A stretch of DNA of 51,396 nt, filler included, from Catajapyx aquilonaris (Eukaryota): NCBI GenBank assembly GCA_000934665.2. It is 2 parts of 2 records of this genome, joined end to end, with 100 filler letters (N's around TTAATTAATTAA, not from the genome) between each part and the next. Parts side by side here need not be neighbours in the genome. Positions count along the whole stretch, not along the records: positions 1 to 25,704 come from JYFJ02005357.1; 1 more part is not named here. One strand, 5' to 3'. The notes beneath the pieces were generated by a model. That model saw only the letters and a list, made by a program, of their open reading frames with translations. It searched no databases and had not been told where the DNA came from. Both the position numbers and the translations under genes were made by a program. Of the stretch, positions 12,901-24,073 are shown piece after piece (within the stretch, counting starts at the first letter, position 1; each line of letters begins with the position of its first letter).

Positions 12901-13968
12901 TTATTTGTTGCTTTAAGTGATAGAAGAGTTTTATTTATTGCGTCGTAGCAGATTAGCTCGGTTGCGAAACACGAATTAAAGTTCTGGATCAGGTCGTCAC
13001 CCCTTTTCTAATATTAAAATGTGTACGCCGAAAATAGTTTGCAAGATTGTATACATTTTAAAATTCTTTTGCTCATTTTCCCTCCCTCTGCTTCTTACGC
13101 TAGTTTTTTAACAAATGTGAAGAAACCCCTCGACCTGCCCTTGGTCCGAACTTACACAAAGTCCTGGAACTTCAGCCCTGCGGCGGGCATGGCAGCGTTG
13201 AACCCGTCCGTCATCCCCCTCAGCTGCTCGTAGAATAGCCCGACCAGGTGCCAGTACGGGTCGACCCCTCCGTACTTCTTGACCTGCCTCTTCAGCCATC
13301 GGTCGTTCGCCTCGAAGTACTTTTTCAGCCTGGAGCAGAACCGGGCCTGCTGGGCCGACCCCAGGCACAGCCCCTCCAGGTTGTTGCGCCAGAACTGGTG
13401 GATCAGGTCGGAGGTCAGGTAGCCCTCCAGGTAGCCAGACATGTACGCCTGGGTCTTGTCGGGAACACTCGAGTTCGAGGTCAGGTGAAGGTAGTTCCAG
13501 CTGCGAACATTGAGCACGTCAACGCCTCAAGTCGTAACGACATAAGACGCATATAAAAGAGACAAAAGTGTCCGCTTTGTTTGTCCCATTGCAACGGGGT
13601 TATAACATGGTAACCCATCCCGTTGTTGGCACAGACAAACCTTTCCCTAATTATAGTGCATGTAAAGCCACATGTAATGTGATTATTGTTGTTGGTTATT
13701 AAATTAGTAGTTGTTGCGATTACCCCTGCATCCCCTGGTTGTCTTGTCGTGTCCCGTAGTGCGCAGTGGCTGCGGCCCCTCCCCGCGTTGGCTTGTCCCC
13801 CTTGACCACCTGCGGCCTCCCTCCAGGCACCTCCACGATGCTGTAGGTGCGCATCCACCTCGGGTCGATGGGGTCGTACCCACCATACCCTGGCCCACCA
13901 GAGGTCAACCCGCCGGAGGAGGTGCAGACCACCAGAAGAAAAGGAAGAAGCAGTGCGGCTGAAGCCAT
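9935..13968 (-). CDS. PLBD2: Phospholipase B-like 2 (Ntn-hydrolase; lamina ancestor family), complete, 577 aa
   Basis: Exons 13724-13968, 13156-13500, 11648-12035, 11379-11591, 9935-10477; all GT-AG with consistent phases (1734 nt). Signal peptide MASAALLLPFLLVVC; motifs QAYxxGYLEG, GSGSCSALIK (autocatalytic Cys), YNSGTYNNQWMVVD, SYWPSYN, PRALIFKRDQ, RSDLNP, HGATDTKVT. Confidence 0.95.
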
Positions 13969-14384
13969 GTCGGTTGTTGTTTGTGTAATGCGGAGATGTT
14001 GCGATGGTTTGCTGTTTTTATATCTTTTTGATTGTTTGTTGGACTTTGTGACCCTTCTGCCCCCAGATTTGATATAGCGGGTTGATTAGGAGGCACCCTG
14101 TTTTGAGAGAGGGGGACACACAAGGGGGAGATTGGTGTCGTGTTGTGGGTCACACTGCCTCAAAAAAATGTGGTGTTGGTCATGCTGTGGCCATCTTTGG
14201 TTCTTCAGGAGACTGTATTAAAAATGAGACGATCCTCGTAGCATCAGGCTGGCGATACGATACTTTAAAATATATATATATATTATAAAGTACATTAGGT
14301 GCAAATAATGTTAGGGTAATTACTTAATATGATAAAGCACAAAAAGTTAGAAATAAAAAGCATAATTATAATAAGTGATAATAA

Positions 14385-14620
14385 GCATAATAACATGTAA
14401 TTAATAAACATAAATAAAGTAATAAGCATATGTATGTAATAAATAAACATAAATGAGTATAATAAGCATAATAACATGTAATTAATAAACATAAATGAGT
14501 ATAATAAGCATATAATAACATGTAATTAATAAACATAAATGAGTATAATAAGCATATAATAACATGTAATTATAAATAAACATAAATAAAGTAATAAGCA
14601 TATGTATGTGTAATAAATAA
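14385..14620. repeat. AT-rich minisatellite (~44-47 bp unit)
   Basis: Repeated AATAAGCATA(TA)TAACATGTAATTAATAAACATAAATGAGTAT. Confidence 0.8.
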
Positions 14621-15372
14621 AAAGTAATACATCAATAAATATGTACATATATAGTTATACAAATTGCAGTTGAATACACAGACCTTGGTTATAACATACT
14701 GATTTCCTCAGTCCCTTTGAAGTCCGTTATTATATCCGGATTAAACTGTACGTAATATATTATATGCATTACATAACGAATACATATACACGCAATGGCG
14801 GATGTATGCAGCTTGCAATAAATAAATTAAGGCGTGCCTCTACTTATTATATATTGTTGGAGACACTGCACTGGACTGAAACTCACATGTCGGTTATTAA
14901 AATGCGTGGAAAAATCAAGTATCTGAGACGCTTGGTGTCACTTCTAGGTGTGGTAAACCACGGTTTTTTAAATATATGCAGACAAACAAGAGTGTGGTTT
15001 GATTTCCTTGCACACGGCAAAGTCGAGGCTTATTATTGTTACGGGTTTTGCATGATGTCAGATTTATATATTTATACATTACGGCTGTGATACTACTGCG
15101 CAAAAGTATAACGCAATAATATGCACTCAAACATGTGTAACTTTATAACATATAATATACTACAGTACATTGCGTTCTAATACATATTTTAATTCATAAT
15201 AATAAGCTGATTAAAATTTATGTGAATAATGTGAGGATATTGGAGGACCTCCTCCTCAATATCCGCTGGCAACCCCATACCTGATTGGGAAACGCCGTGA
15301 AGATGATGATGATAAATTTATAACAATTCATAATTTCAACATGCACAATATTTTTCATCCAACACATACAGA

Positions 15373-15444
<72 letters not shown>
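15373..15444. repeat. (ATT)n microsatellite
   Basis: Uninterrupted ATT run; source of the poly-I and poly-N pseudo-ORFs. Confidence 0.95.
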
Positions 15445-15445
<1 letters not shown>

Positions 15446-16361
15446 GGCCAGTGGAGTTCCTGTGGGTTTTCCAGCGAGAAGCTGCAGGGGTTTTACCCAC
15501 ACATGCGTCACTATATCTCGCACTTGTGCTTTTTATCAGTCCGGAATGGCAACGTGTTTGTTTTGACTTTCGACGGCTGCAGTGCGACCTACATGCACAC
15601 TTGAAATCGCCTAAGAGAGACCCGCATAAAAATAAATAGTGATAATTTTCACCAATAAAATATATACAGTATAGGCATGAAACTGCCTGATCCTTAAATT
15701 AACCCATCAGCTGATTAGAATTAATTATAAGTTAAAAGAAATATTGTTGACGATGCGAGAATATAAGAGTCTCTTTCATTACGGCTGATTACGGCGTACC
15801 TACTCTGGGGAATACCATTATTGATTGAGTGATTATTCATTAATTAAGAGTTAACAATTAATTAGTAATGATAGATTTAATGACATTAATATTACATTTA
15901 AATGTATATGGATTCATATGAATGTACTGTATATGAATTCATATAAATCTTTTTATCTGATGTATATGAAATTTTTAATATGATGTACAGTATACCGGTA
16001 TATGAATTTATATGAATGTGTGCGTGTACTGTGTGTACGTAAATTTATATGAAATGAATATGTATTGAATGCAATATAATATGTGTATCAATTAATTATA
16101 ATTAATTAATATTAAAGGAGGACATGTTGACACTGAGCTAGTAATAAGAGGCCGCAACATACACTTGAAATGGGACATTATTGTTTTCGCAGATTAGATA
16201 TACCGGTACTGCTTTTGCAATAAAAATACTTTTGCAATAATTGCCTAATCGGTGAGCTGATAACCTGGCCGTTAAGACTGTTCTTCCTAATCATCCGTCA
16301 CAATTTTAACGTTATGCTCTCATGAATAAACGGCACTAAGTTTTGTGTACGTGCACAGAGA

Positions 16362-18070
16362 ATGGAGCCTGACTACGGATGATTATGATGATGATGATCT
16401 CCAAAGCACCCCCTCCAGCGAATCCGACCTTATAGACGATCCGTCCACGAACCACATCTACTTCAACTTCAAAGCGGCTCCGAGGTCAGGGAATAATAAT
16501 TGTTGTCCACGCTCCAGCAACTGAGAGCAATCATTATTGTGCTTCGTTACAGATTTGTGTTCAATATGAATCTCAAAAACCTGTACGATGAGCATGAACT
16601 GCATCCGGTGCTTATGGTAAGTTGTGAGAAGTTGTATCGTTGCGTAGTTATTACATGTGCATACAGATGATCCTGAGCAGTGCAGCGTACCGGGGTCGAC
16701 TGATGAACGACCCGCTGAGCGGCGTGAAGAGCCGGGAGACCAAGAAGAGCGCGAAGAAGCTCCGGGAATTCCTAGCCAACTGCTACATGTACCGTGCTCA
16801 CGTGATCCTCGGTAAGATCAACGGGTACTCAGTCCCCGTGCTCCTCGAGGTCATCCGCAGCTTCATACACCACCTTCCCAACGGAATACTGCGGAAGGAG
16901 GACATCATCATCTGGCGGTGGAACGCCCTGGCCGTCCACATCCGGCTGCTGGACCCGGACTGGATGAGCGAGATCCCCGCTTTCCTCCGGATGAACCTGG
17001 CCTGGTCCATCAAGTCGTTGCCGTGCCAGGAGCGGATGCTGCTTCAGGCTCTGTCCCGCTGCATCCGGATCATGTTCACGCCTGTCTCCTGGCTCCAGCA
17101 GATCCGGCTGGCTCATGTGTCGGAGTTCTTCGCAAATGCGCTGACCGCCAATCTGCGGAAAGGAGTGCATGCTTACAGGTGGTACACGGTACGTTTAGCG
17201 CTCTCCGTTGGGTACGCAGGTGTTAATGTAGCGAGTACCGCAGAGTCTGAGTAACCACCGAGCGTACTTCGCATCGCTCGTGACCTACCTGTCAATGCAC
17301 GAGAGGTCGCTGATGAACCGCCTGCAGCCCGGACCCAATCCCGTACTACTGCTGCCGTGTCGACAGGTACAAGGCTGGTGGCGCATGCAGTTGCTGGAGT
17401 GCGATGAGATCCTGCCGGAAGTTGCGATCAAGGTGAGTACCTTGCAATGATTAAGCGCAATTTGTGTAAGACAAGATGTTGTTTCAGCGTGTGGAGGAAG
17501 TCGAGGCGTTGCGGTTCGAGCCGGATGTTGGCCTAGTGCAGTTCTACGCCCAGCTGGTGAGTACGGGTGTGTTGCCATAGTCCGCAATACTCGTGGCAAT
17601 ATTTGCAGGACTCCCAAGCGGTTCAGGCGGCCAAGGTTCACAACAACTTCAGGTGGCCTACCGGACGGCTGATGTGGGGAGGGGACGACTGGCAGCCGGA
17701 CATTTCATACTCCGGAGTCCTCACCGAGTTTCCACCCATGCCGATGACAGACACTAAGAGCGTGATTGTCGAAGTGAGTTACTTGCATATACGGGGTGTG
17801 TGTATTGCATATGTATATACTTACGCATACATTTAGATCATACAAGCGCATGTGGATCCGGTGGTGCAGCGTAATAAGGACAAGCACAGCAAGCTCAAGA
17901 AGAAGAAGCAGAAGAAGCAGAAGACGAAGAAGATCAGGGTGGTGGAGCCGCCTGTTCTGTGGGCCCAGAAGGATGACGAGGATGAGGAGCAGCCGTCGAC
18001 GGCCAAGCCTGTTGAGAGACGAGTGGCGGTGATCACACCCGAGGAAGAGTTGGAGTCCGCACTGTTTTGA
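16362..18070 (+). CDS. Uncharacterised 7-exon protein (~454 aa if a 1-bp insertion at 16377/8 is removed); acidic N-terminus, Lys-rich NLS-like C-terminus
   Basis: Exons 16362-16484, 16553-16616, 16667-17188, 17244-17432, 17488-17556, 17609-17773, 17837-18070. Six GT-AG introns of 50-68 nt, all phase-compatible. GC3-rich codons and AATAAA at 18097. No family recognised. Confidence 0.8.
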
Positions 18071-18168
18071 AGGAAAATAATAATAGGCAGAGCAACAATA
18101 AAATTCAAGTTATTAAACTGTATTATTTAACATTGGTAGCGTTGAGTAGCATCGCACGTCTCACATCA

Positions 18169-18435
18169 TCTACGTATATAAAAGGCAAAGTTTGTCCATT
18201 TGTTTGTCCGTTTTTCCCTTAGGTTCCCTCCCGTCTTACATAAACCAAAGATTGTTTGCTTGTCCATTTTTTTCCCATGAGCTACATAATACTGTACGAT
18301 CAAGGCAAAGTTTGTCTGTTCGTTTGTCCGTTTCCCACTGAGCAAGGTCTTACACAACAATATATATAAAGGCAAAAAAAGTTTGTCTGTCTGTTTGTCC
18401 ATTTTTCTCTCTGCTTTTTTTCTCCCCCCTGCTAG
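18169..18435 (+). mobile_element. Possible non-autonomous Helitron
   Basis: A|TCTACGTATATAAAAGG...GCTAG|T termini; internal repeats of AAGGCAAAGTTTGTC(TGT)TTGTCC. No clear 3' hairpin. Confidence 0.45.
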
Positions 18436-19134
18436 TCTATCTCGAGGTCAATCTTTATTAGAACAATATAGGGCCTATAACTAGGGGATTATTATTTTTT
18501 TCTTCAAATTTTTCCTGTGGAGAGATACAGCCTACGACACTTCCATCGCCTCCTCTGATGAATAAGGCGGGGATAAATATATATTCCAAACGGACCGCGC
18601 TCTACTAAAAGTTAGTTAGTGGCCAGCATCAAGCGTACGTTCCACTAAAATTTCGGGGTCGTACGTACGATGAGGATGGCTTCAACTAGTACGATGGGGG
18701 ACAGGACGGCAGAAGGGCCAAGGAGGTGGTTTCGTATCCCCCGCGCCATGTTGGGCAAGACACGCCCATCAAGTCTGCTGTGGAATTACAAACCCTCATG
18801 AAGTTTATAATTTAACATTAAATATTAATATTAACGACGGAATTAATTAATGTAACTAATATATTTAATTTATTAGCAAGTTGGCACATTTTGACCTCTT
18901 TTGACGGAAAAAAACAACAACAATGTGACAAATCCACTGTGCTTTTATAATTTAACATTTTCATAATTTTTAAGTTACATCTGAATTGTTAATTATGTCT
19001 GATTTGTTGTTGGGAGGTTTCCCGCCTCGGAAGGGAGCAGAAGACTAAAAAAAAATAACGTTCGATTCCAAAATGGCGGATGGAACTTGACTGATTCTCT
19101 TTTTTTGCAACCGGTTTTTTGGAGCTTCGGAAGG

Positions 19135-22100
19135 ATGGGCGGCCCCGAGGACGAAGATGGGGCCAAGGAGCAGCAGCAGCAGGACTCGAACCAGCAGCTG
19201 TTCAAGGACGTCAAGTTCTGCGTCTCCGGGACCGTACAGGAGAAGGTATATTATTATATTGGGGGGTTTGGAATGATGAACTCAACAGGGGAGGGGAAGA
19301 AATAAGGGGGACTTGGTTAACAGCCAGTTGTTTTTTTTCCAAGCAAATTGTCAATTAAACAAGTTACATTAAACAAAGTAAAGGGAAGGGAGTAAGTTAA
19401 TGAGTACGTTGCTATAACTGCCGCAGCCAAACAGAAGAGAAACAATTATAATAATTACCAATATTATTGTTATTTTATTGTTGCTCTTTTGTTTGGCTGA
19501 GTCGAGCAACGTACTCAATAAGTACTATTAAACCGCAAAAGTGATGTCGCGACTGTCATGTGTTTACGTGTTGGTAATCCATAATTAATTACACAATAAA
19601 TAAGAAAATAACTAATATGAAGTAAATCACTAATGTGAAGTAAATAGCTAATATGAAGTAAATCACTAATGTGAAGTAAATAGCTAATATGAAGTAAATC
19701 ACTAATGTGAAGTAAATAGCTAATATGAAGTAAATCACTAATGTGAAGTAAATAGCTAATATGAAGTAAATCACTAATGTGAAGTAAATAACCAATATGA
19801 AGTGAATAGCTAATATGAAGTAAATCACTAATATGAAGTAAATAACTAATATGAAGTAACTAATATGAAGTAAATAACTAATATGAAGTAACTAATATGA
19901 AGTAAATAACTAATGAAGTAAATACCTAATATGAAGTAAGTAACTAATATGAAGTAAGTAACTAATATGAAGTAAGTAACTAATATGAAGTAACTAATAT
20001 GAAGTAAATAACTAATATGAAGTAAATAAAAAAGAGTATAATAAATTGTAAATCAAATGATAGGCCCGATGTGGCTGTGCCGTTGGACTGACTGAGTTGT
20101 TGACATTTTCTTTCTACAACAGGTGCTGCAGTTGCTTCAAGACGGAGGGGCAAAGCGGTACTCGTACTTGAGCCACTTTGTGACCCACTACGTGACCGGG
20201 GACGATCCGGAAGAGAATGATGTCGGGGAGGCCAGCGAGATCTTCGAGATACCGGTCGTCACTCAGCGATGGGTTCTGCTGTCGGCAGAGTGTGGGAAGC
20301 TGCTGCCGTATCCTTTTTTGCGTTGACCCTTTGCAAAGGGGATGAGCGTTTTATGTGTTTCAAAATGTGTTTTCTTGACTTGGAACAGTACGCGGGGTTT
20401 CTCGCTTGATAATGACAGGGTCTTTTCTGGAGTGTCTGCCTGCTTGTCACAGCTGACGCCACGTGATACAAAGTCGGTGTGGGCCATGGTGACCTTCCAT
20501 GGAGGAAGATGCGGCTTGACCCTACGATCTGATTCCACCCACCTTATTGTCTCGGCACCCAAGGGTCAGAAGTACGAGAGGGCTGTGGGGCAGGGATCGG
20601 CCATAAAGGTCGTGACACCAGACTGGGTCACCGACTGCATCAGGGGAGGATGCAGGTGGGCATATTTCGCAGGACGAGTTCATGATTGGTGCAGATTCGG
20701 TTCAAATGGACAGTGTTAATTTCCGTGCTTCTGATATTTTGCAGGTGCGAGGAGAGTTTGTACCATCCGCGTCTCCTGCTTCTGCCGCAGCCCAGGCCGA
20801 GCACAGTGGAGATCACCGGATTCGTAGCTCCGGAGGTGCAACAACCGCAGCAAATCCAGCAGCAACAGCAACAGCAAATACAGCAACAACAGCCAATGCA
20901 GCCGAATGTGAGCCGCTTGTATGAACAGCTCAAACAGCGGATGCCATGGAACCAGTCACCACAACAACAGCAGCAACAGCAGCAAGTTCAGCAAGTTCAG
21001 CAACAACAGCAGATGATGCAACAACAGGTGCAACAACAGATTCAACAACAAGCGCAGCAACTCCAACCGCAAGTGCAACAGCAAACACAACCGATGATGC
21101 AACAACAACCACAGCCGCAGATTCAACAGCAATCTCAGATTCAACAACAGTCGCAGATTCCGCAACAGTCGCAACCACAGATTCAGCAGCAATTGCCACC
21201 ACAGATGCAGCAGCAACTCAGGCCGCAGATGCAGGTGGTGCGTATGCAATTGTTAAATTGTTGTGCTGTACTGGATGTAATTAAACTTTAATTCCACAGC
21301 AGCAGCGGCCCCCGTTTTCTCGGCCACCGCCCCCTCCGAACGTGTCTTTTGGACCACAAGGCGTCACCACTTCCAACGCCGCACGACTGATGCCTCCGCC
21401 GCCTTCCCCGCAACCGCAACAACTGCAGCAACCGCAACAACTGCAGCAGCAGCAGCAACCGCAGATGCAGCCGCGGATGGTCACAAACGCTCAGCAGCAA
21501 ATGCAGCGTTTGCAACTCCAGCCACAGCAACTCCAGCCACAGCAGCAACAGCAGATACAGTCGCAACAGCTGCAGCAACGACCCCAACTGCAACAGCTGC
21601 CCCCGCATTTACAGCAGCAGATACAGCAGCGGATACATCTACAACAGCTGCAACAACAACGCCAACAGCAACAACAGCAGCAACTACAGCAGCAGCAGCA
21701 AATGCAACAGCAACAACAGCAGCAGCAGCAGCAACAGCAGCCACCACAACAAAGACAGATGCCGTGGGTACAGCCACAACAACAGCAGCAACAGCAACAA
21801 CAGCAGCCACAGCAACAACAGGTTTGTTGCCTTGGGATGTGCCGCAGCATTTGTTTGCACGTCTTTCCATTTTCCCAGATGGTAGCACCACCGAGGCCCA
21901 TGATGATGGAGCAGATGCGGCCACAACTCTTCCAGCAAGGCCAACAGCAGCAATTGCAGATGCCGCCACAACAGCAACCGCAACCACAACAGCAACAGGT
22001 TCAAATGACATGGGCTCCCCCCTCTCCGCAACAACAGCAGCCGCAAGTACAACCGCAACAACAGCCGCAAGTACAACCGCAACAGGTTCTGACCCGCAAA

Positions 22101-24073
22101 AATGGCACATAACATTTGCCTGCTAATGACACCATTGTCCTGTAGCACTACATGATGCAGCAGCAACAACTACAACAGCAGAGGCCACCACAGCCGCAGA
22201 TGCAGCAGATCCAGCAGCAACAGCAGCTCCAACAACAGCAACAACAGCTTCAACAGCAGCAGCTGCGTCTGGCGATTCGGCCGCCACAAAGCCCCACGCC
22301 CCAGCCGCCTCCGCAGATGCGCAGCCCACAGCAACAGCAGCTGCAACGTCCACCACCTGCCTCGTCTCCGTGGCAGCAGCCTCCACAACAACCACAGCAA
22401 CCTCCACAACTACCACAGCAACAGCCGCCGCAACGTCAACCGCAACCGCAGCTGTTCAGGCAGCAGATCCCTATAAGCCCACAGCTCAGGCAACAGCTAG
22501 AGCAGATGGACCCGCAGCAAAGGATCATGCTGCTGCAGAGGATCCAACAGCAGCATGCACAGCGGCAGATGGCAGCCGCCGCAGCCGCAGCCGCAATGGG
22601 AAAGCCGCAAATGCAGCAGCAGATTCAGCAGCAGCAACCACCGCAGCAGCAGCAGCCGGGACCACAACCGCAGCCAATGGTACGAGTTCATTGGCATGAA
22701 TGATGAACCATGCTAATTGATTAATTGCAGCAGCAGCAGCCGCAAATGAGGCCGGGGTGGCCGCCCCGGGAGGGAGCCCAAACTCCGCTTCCCCAGCAGC
22801 CGCAACAACCGCAGATCCAGCAGCAACAGCAGCAGCGGATGATAATGCAGCAGGTGTGGAGGGAGCCCCGTCCGCCTCTGCCGCAACAACAGCAGCCGCA
22901 GCCGCAACCGCAGCAGATGATGGTCCAGGGGCAGCCCAACGCACACCTCCTGCAGCAGTTGCGTATGGCCCAGTTGCAACAGAGGCAACAGCAACAACAA
23001 CAGCAGGTGATGGTCCAACAGCCACCCCAACCACCGACACCTCAACCGCACCAATTGCAACTTGGGGTTAGGATGGGGCCAGTTCAGTACGGGAGACAGG
23101 TCAGCACCTTAATCCTCGTTTAAAAATCCAGGGATTTGAACCGACTAATTACGATTTATTAACGAGTGGTAATAACTGGCCATTGCATGGTTTCGATTGT
23201 AGTTCACTTATCCAGTGGTATTGTAGCATCAGCACTGAATTGCACTTTTTTTTTGTTTTGTTTTTTGTTTTTTGCCCACGACACTACACAATTTCCCCCA
23301 TCGAAGCTCTTCTTGGGGCCAATGAAGCAGGCAAGTTAACTGTCGTTGTCACGAGTCGTGTGCCGTTCGCTCATTTTTCTGGCTTACCTTGCTTTATCCG
23401 GATGAATGAAAATGTGCTGTGGCCAACGGGTTAGTCCTTCGTTCACTGACACTGAAGGCCTGCTGAAGTACGGACAAAGTTCATGACGTCCTTAAAGTCC
23501 GGACAAAGTTAATGTTAAAGTCCTTGAAGTCTGGACAAAGGTAATGTTAAAGTCCTTGAAGTCCGGACAAAGTTCATGAAGTTCGGCTGAAGTCCGGGCA
23601 TTGTTCATGAAGTCCTCAAAGTCTGGCATACACTATAGTATCAAATGACTAACCCATCGGTCCTGCCGCATGCTACGTGTGCTAATTTGTGTGTACATTT
23701 GGTGTCGTTCAACACAACTCCGATGAAATTGCTTGCGATTTTACTGTTCGCATTTGCCATTTGCAGTCTAAATCTGTATTGTACGCAGCTTTCTTATATT
23801 GCATGTCCAAACCAGTTGCTGGCGACAATATTAATCGTGTTAATGCTGTTCCAGGTTTCGCAGCCTGGAGGAACCTCTCCGATGGGTCCTCCACCTCCTC
23901 CTCCTCCGCCCCCACAGCAACCCCCGTTGTCTCCGCTGTCCCCGCTGTCCCCGCAGCAGCAGGCACCTCCTCCGTCCCCACTTCCCACCCCACAGTCTCC
24001 GCAATCGGACGGAACGTTCGTCGGGGCAGCACTTGCCCGAGATCATAACCAGCAAGCGCTCCAGGCATCGTTG
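19135..24073 (+). CDS. PAXIP1: PAX-interacting protein 1 (PTIP), 5' partial: BRCT1, BRCT2 and Q/P-rich region (968 codons seen)
   Basis: Exons 19135-19245, 20123-20307, 20389-20655, 20745-21234, 21300-21821, 21879-22085, 22146-22679, 22731-23099, 23855-24073. Matches PAXIP1 motifs FKDVKF, VGEASEIFEIPVV..WVLLS..CG.LLP, ACLSQ, WAMVTFHGG, THLIV..PKG.KYE, IKVVTPDWV.DC, YHPRL. C-terminal BRCTs not found. Confidence 0.93.
19612..20030. repeat. ~18-bp minisatellite in PAXIP1 intron 1
   Basis: Alternating CACTAATGTGAAGTAAAT and AGCTAATATGAAGTAAAT units. Confidence 0.9.
20308..20388 (+). other. U12-type (minor spliceosome) GT-AG intron in PAXIP1
   Basis: 5' splice site GTATCCTTTT; branch site TTTCTTGAC at 20371-20379, about 10 nt before the AG; no polypyrimidine tract. 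Removing it restores LLP-TRGFS. Confidence 0.88.
23465..23628. repeat. Short degenerate tandem repeat (AAGTCCGGACAAAGTTCATG-like)
   Basis: About 5-6 imperfect units inside a PAXIP1 intron. Confidence 0.65.

Noticed and set aside
13969..14260. CLEAR/TFEB element upstream of lysosomal PLBD2
   Set aside because: Only partial GTCAC/GTGAC half-sites; no TCACGTGA.
15265..15312. LINE/SINE 3'-end remnant (GGCAACCCC...TGGGAAACGCCGTGAAGATGATGATGAT)
   Set aside because: Resembles retroposon tails but is too short to assign, and no TSD was found.
20640..23071. Many long poly-Cys/Leu/Ala/Thr ORFs on both strands
   Set aside because: They are alternative-frame and antisense shadows of the CAG/CAA-rich PAXIP1 exons.
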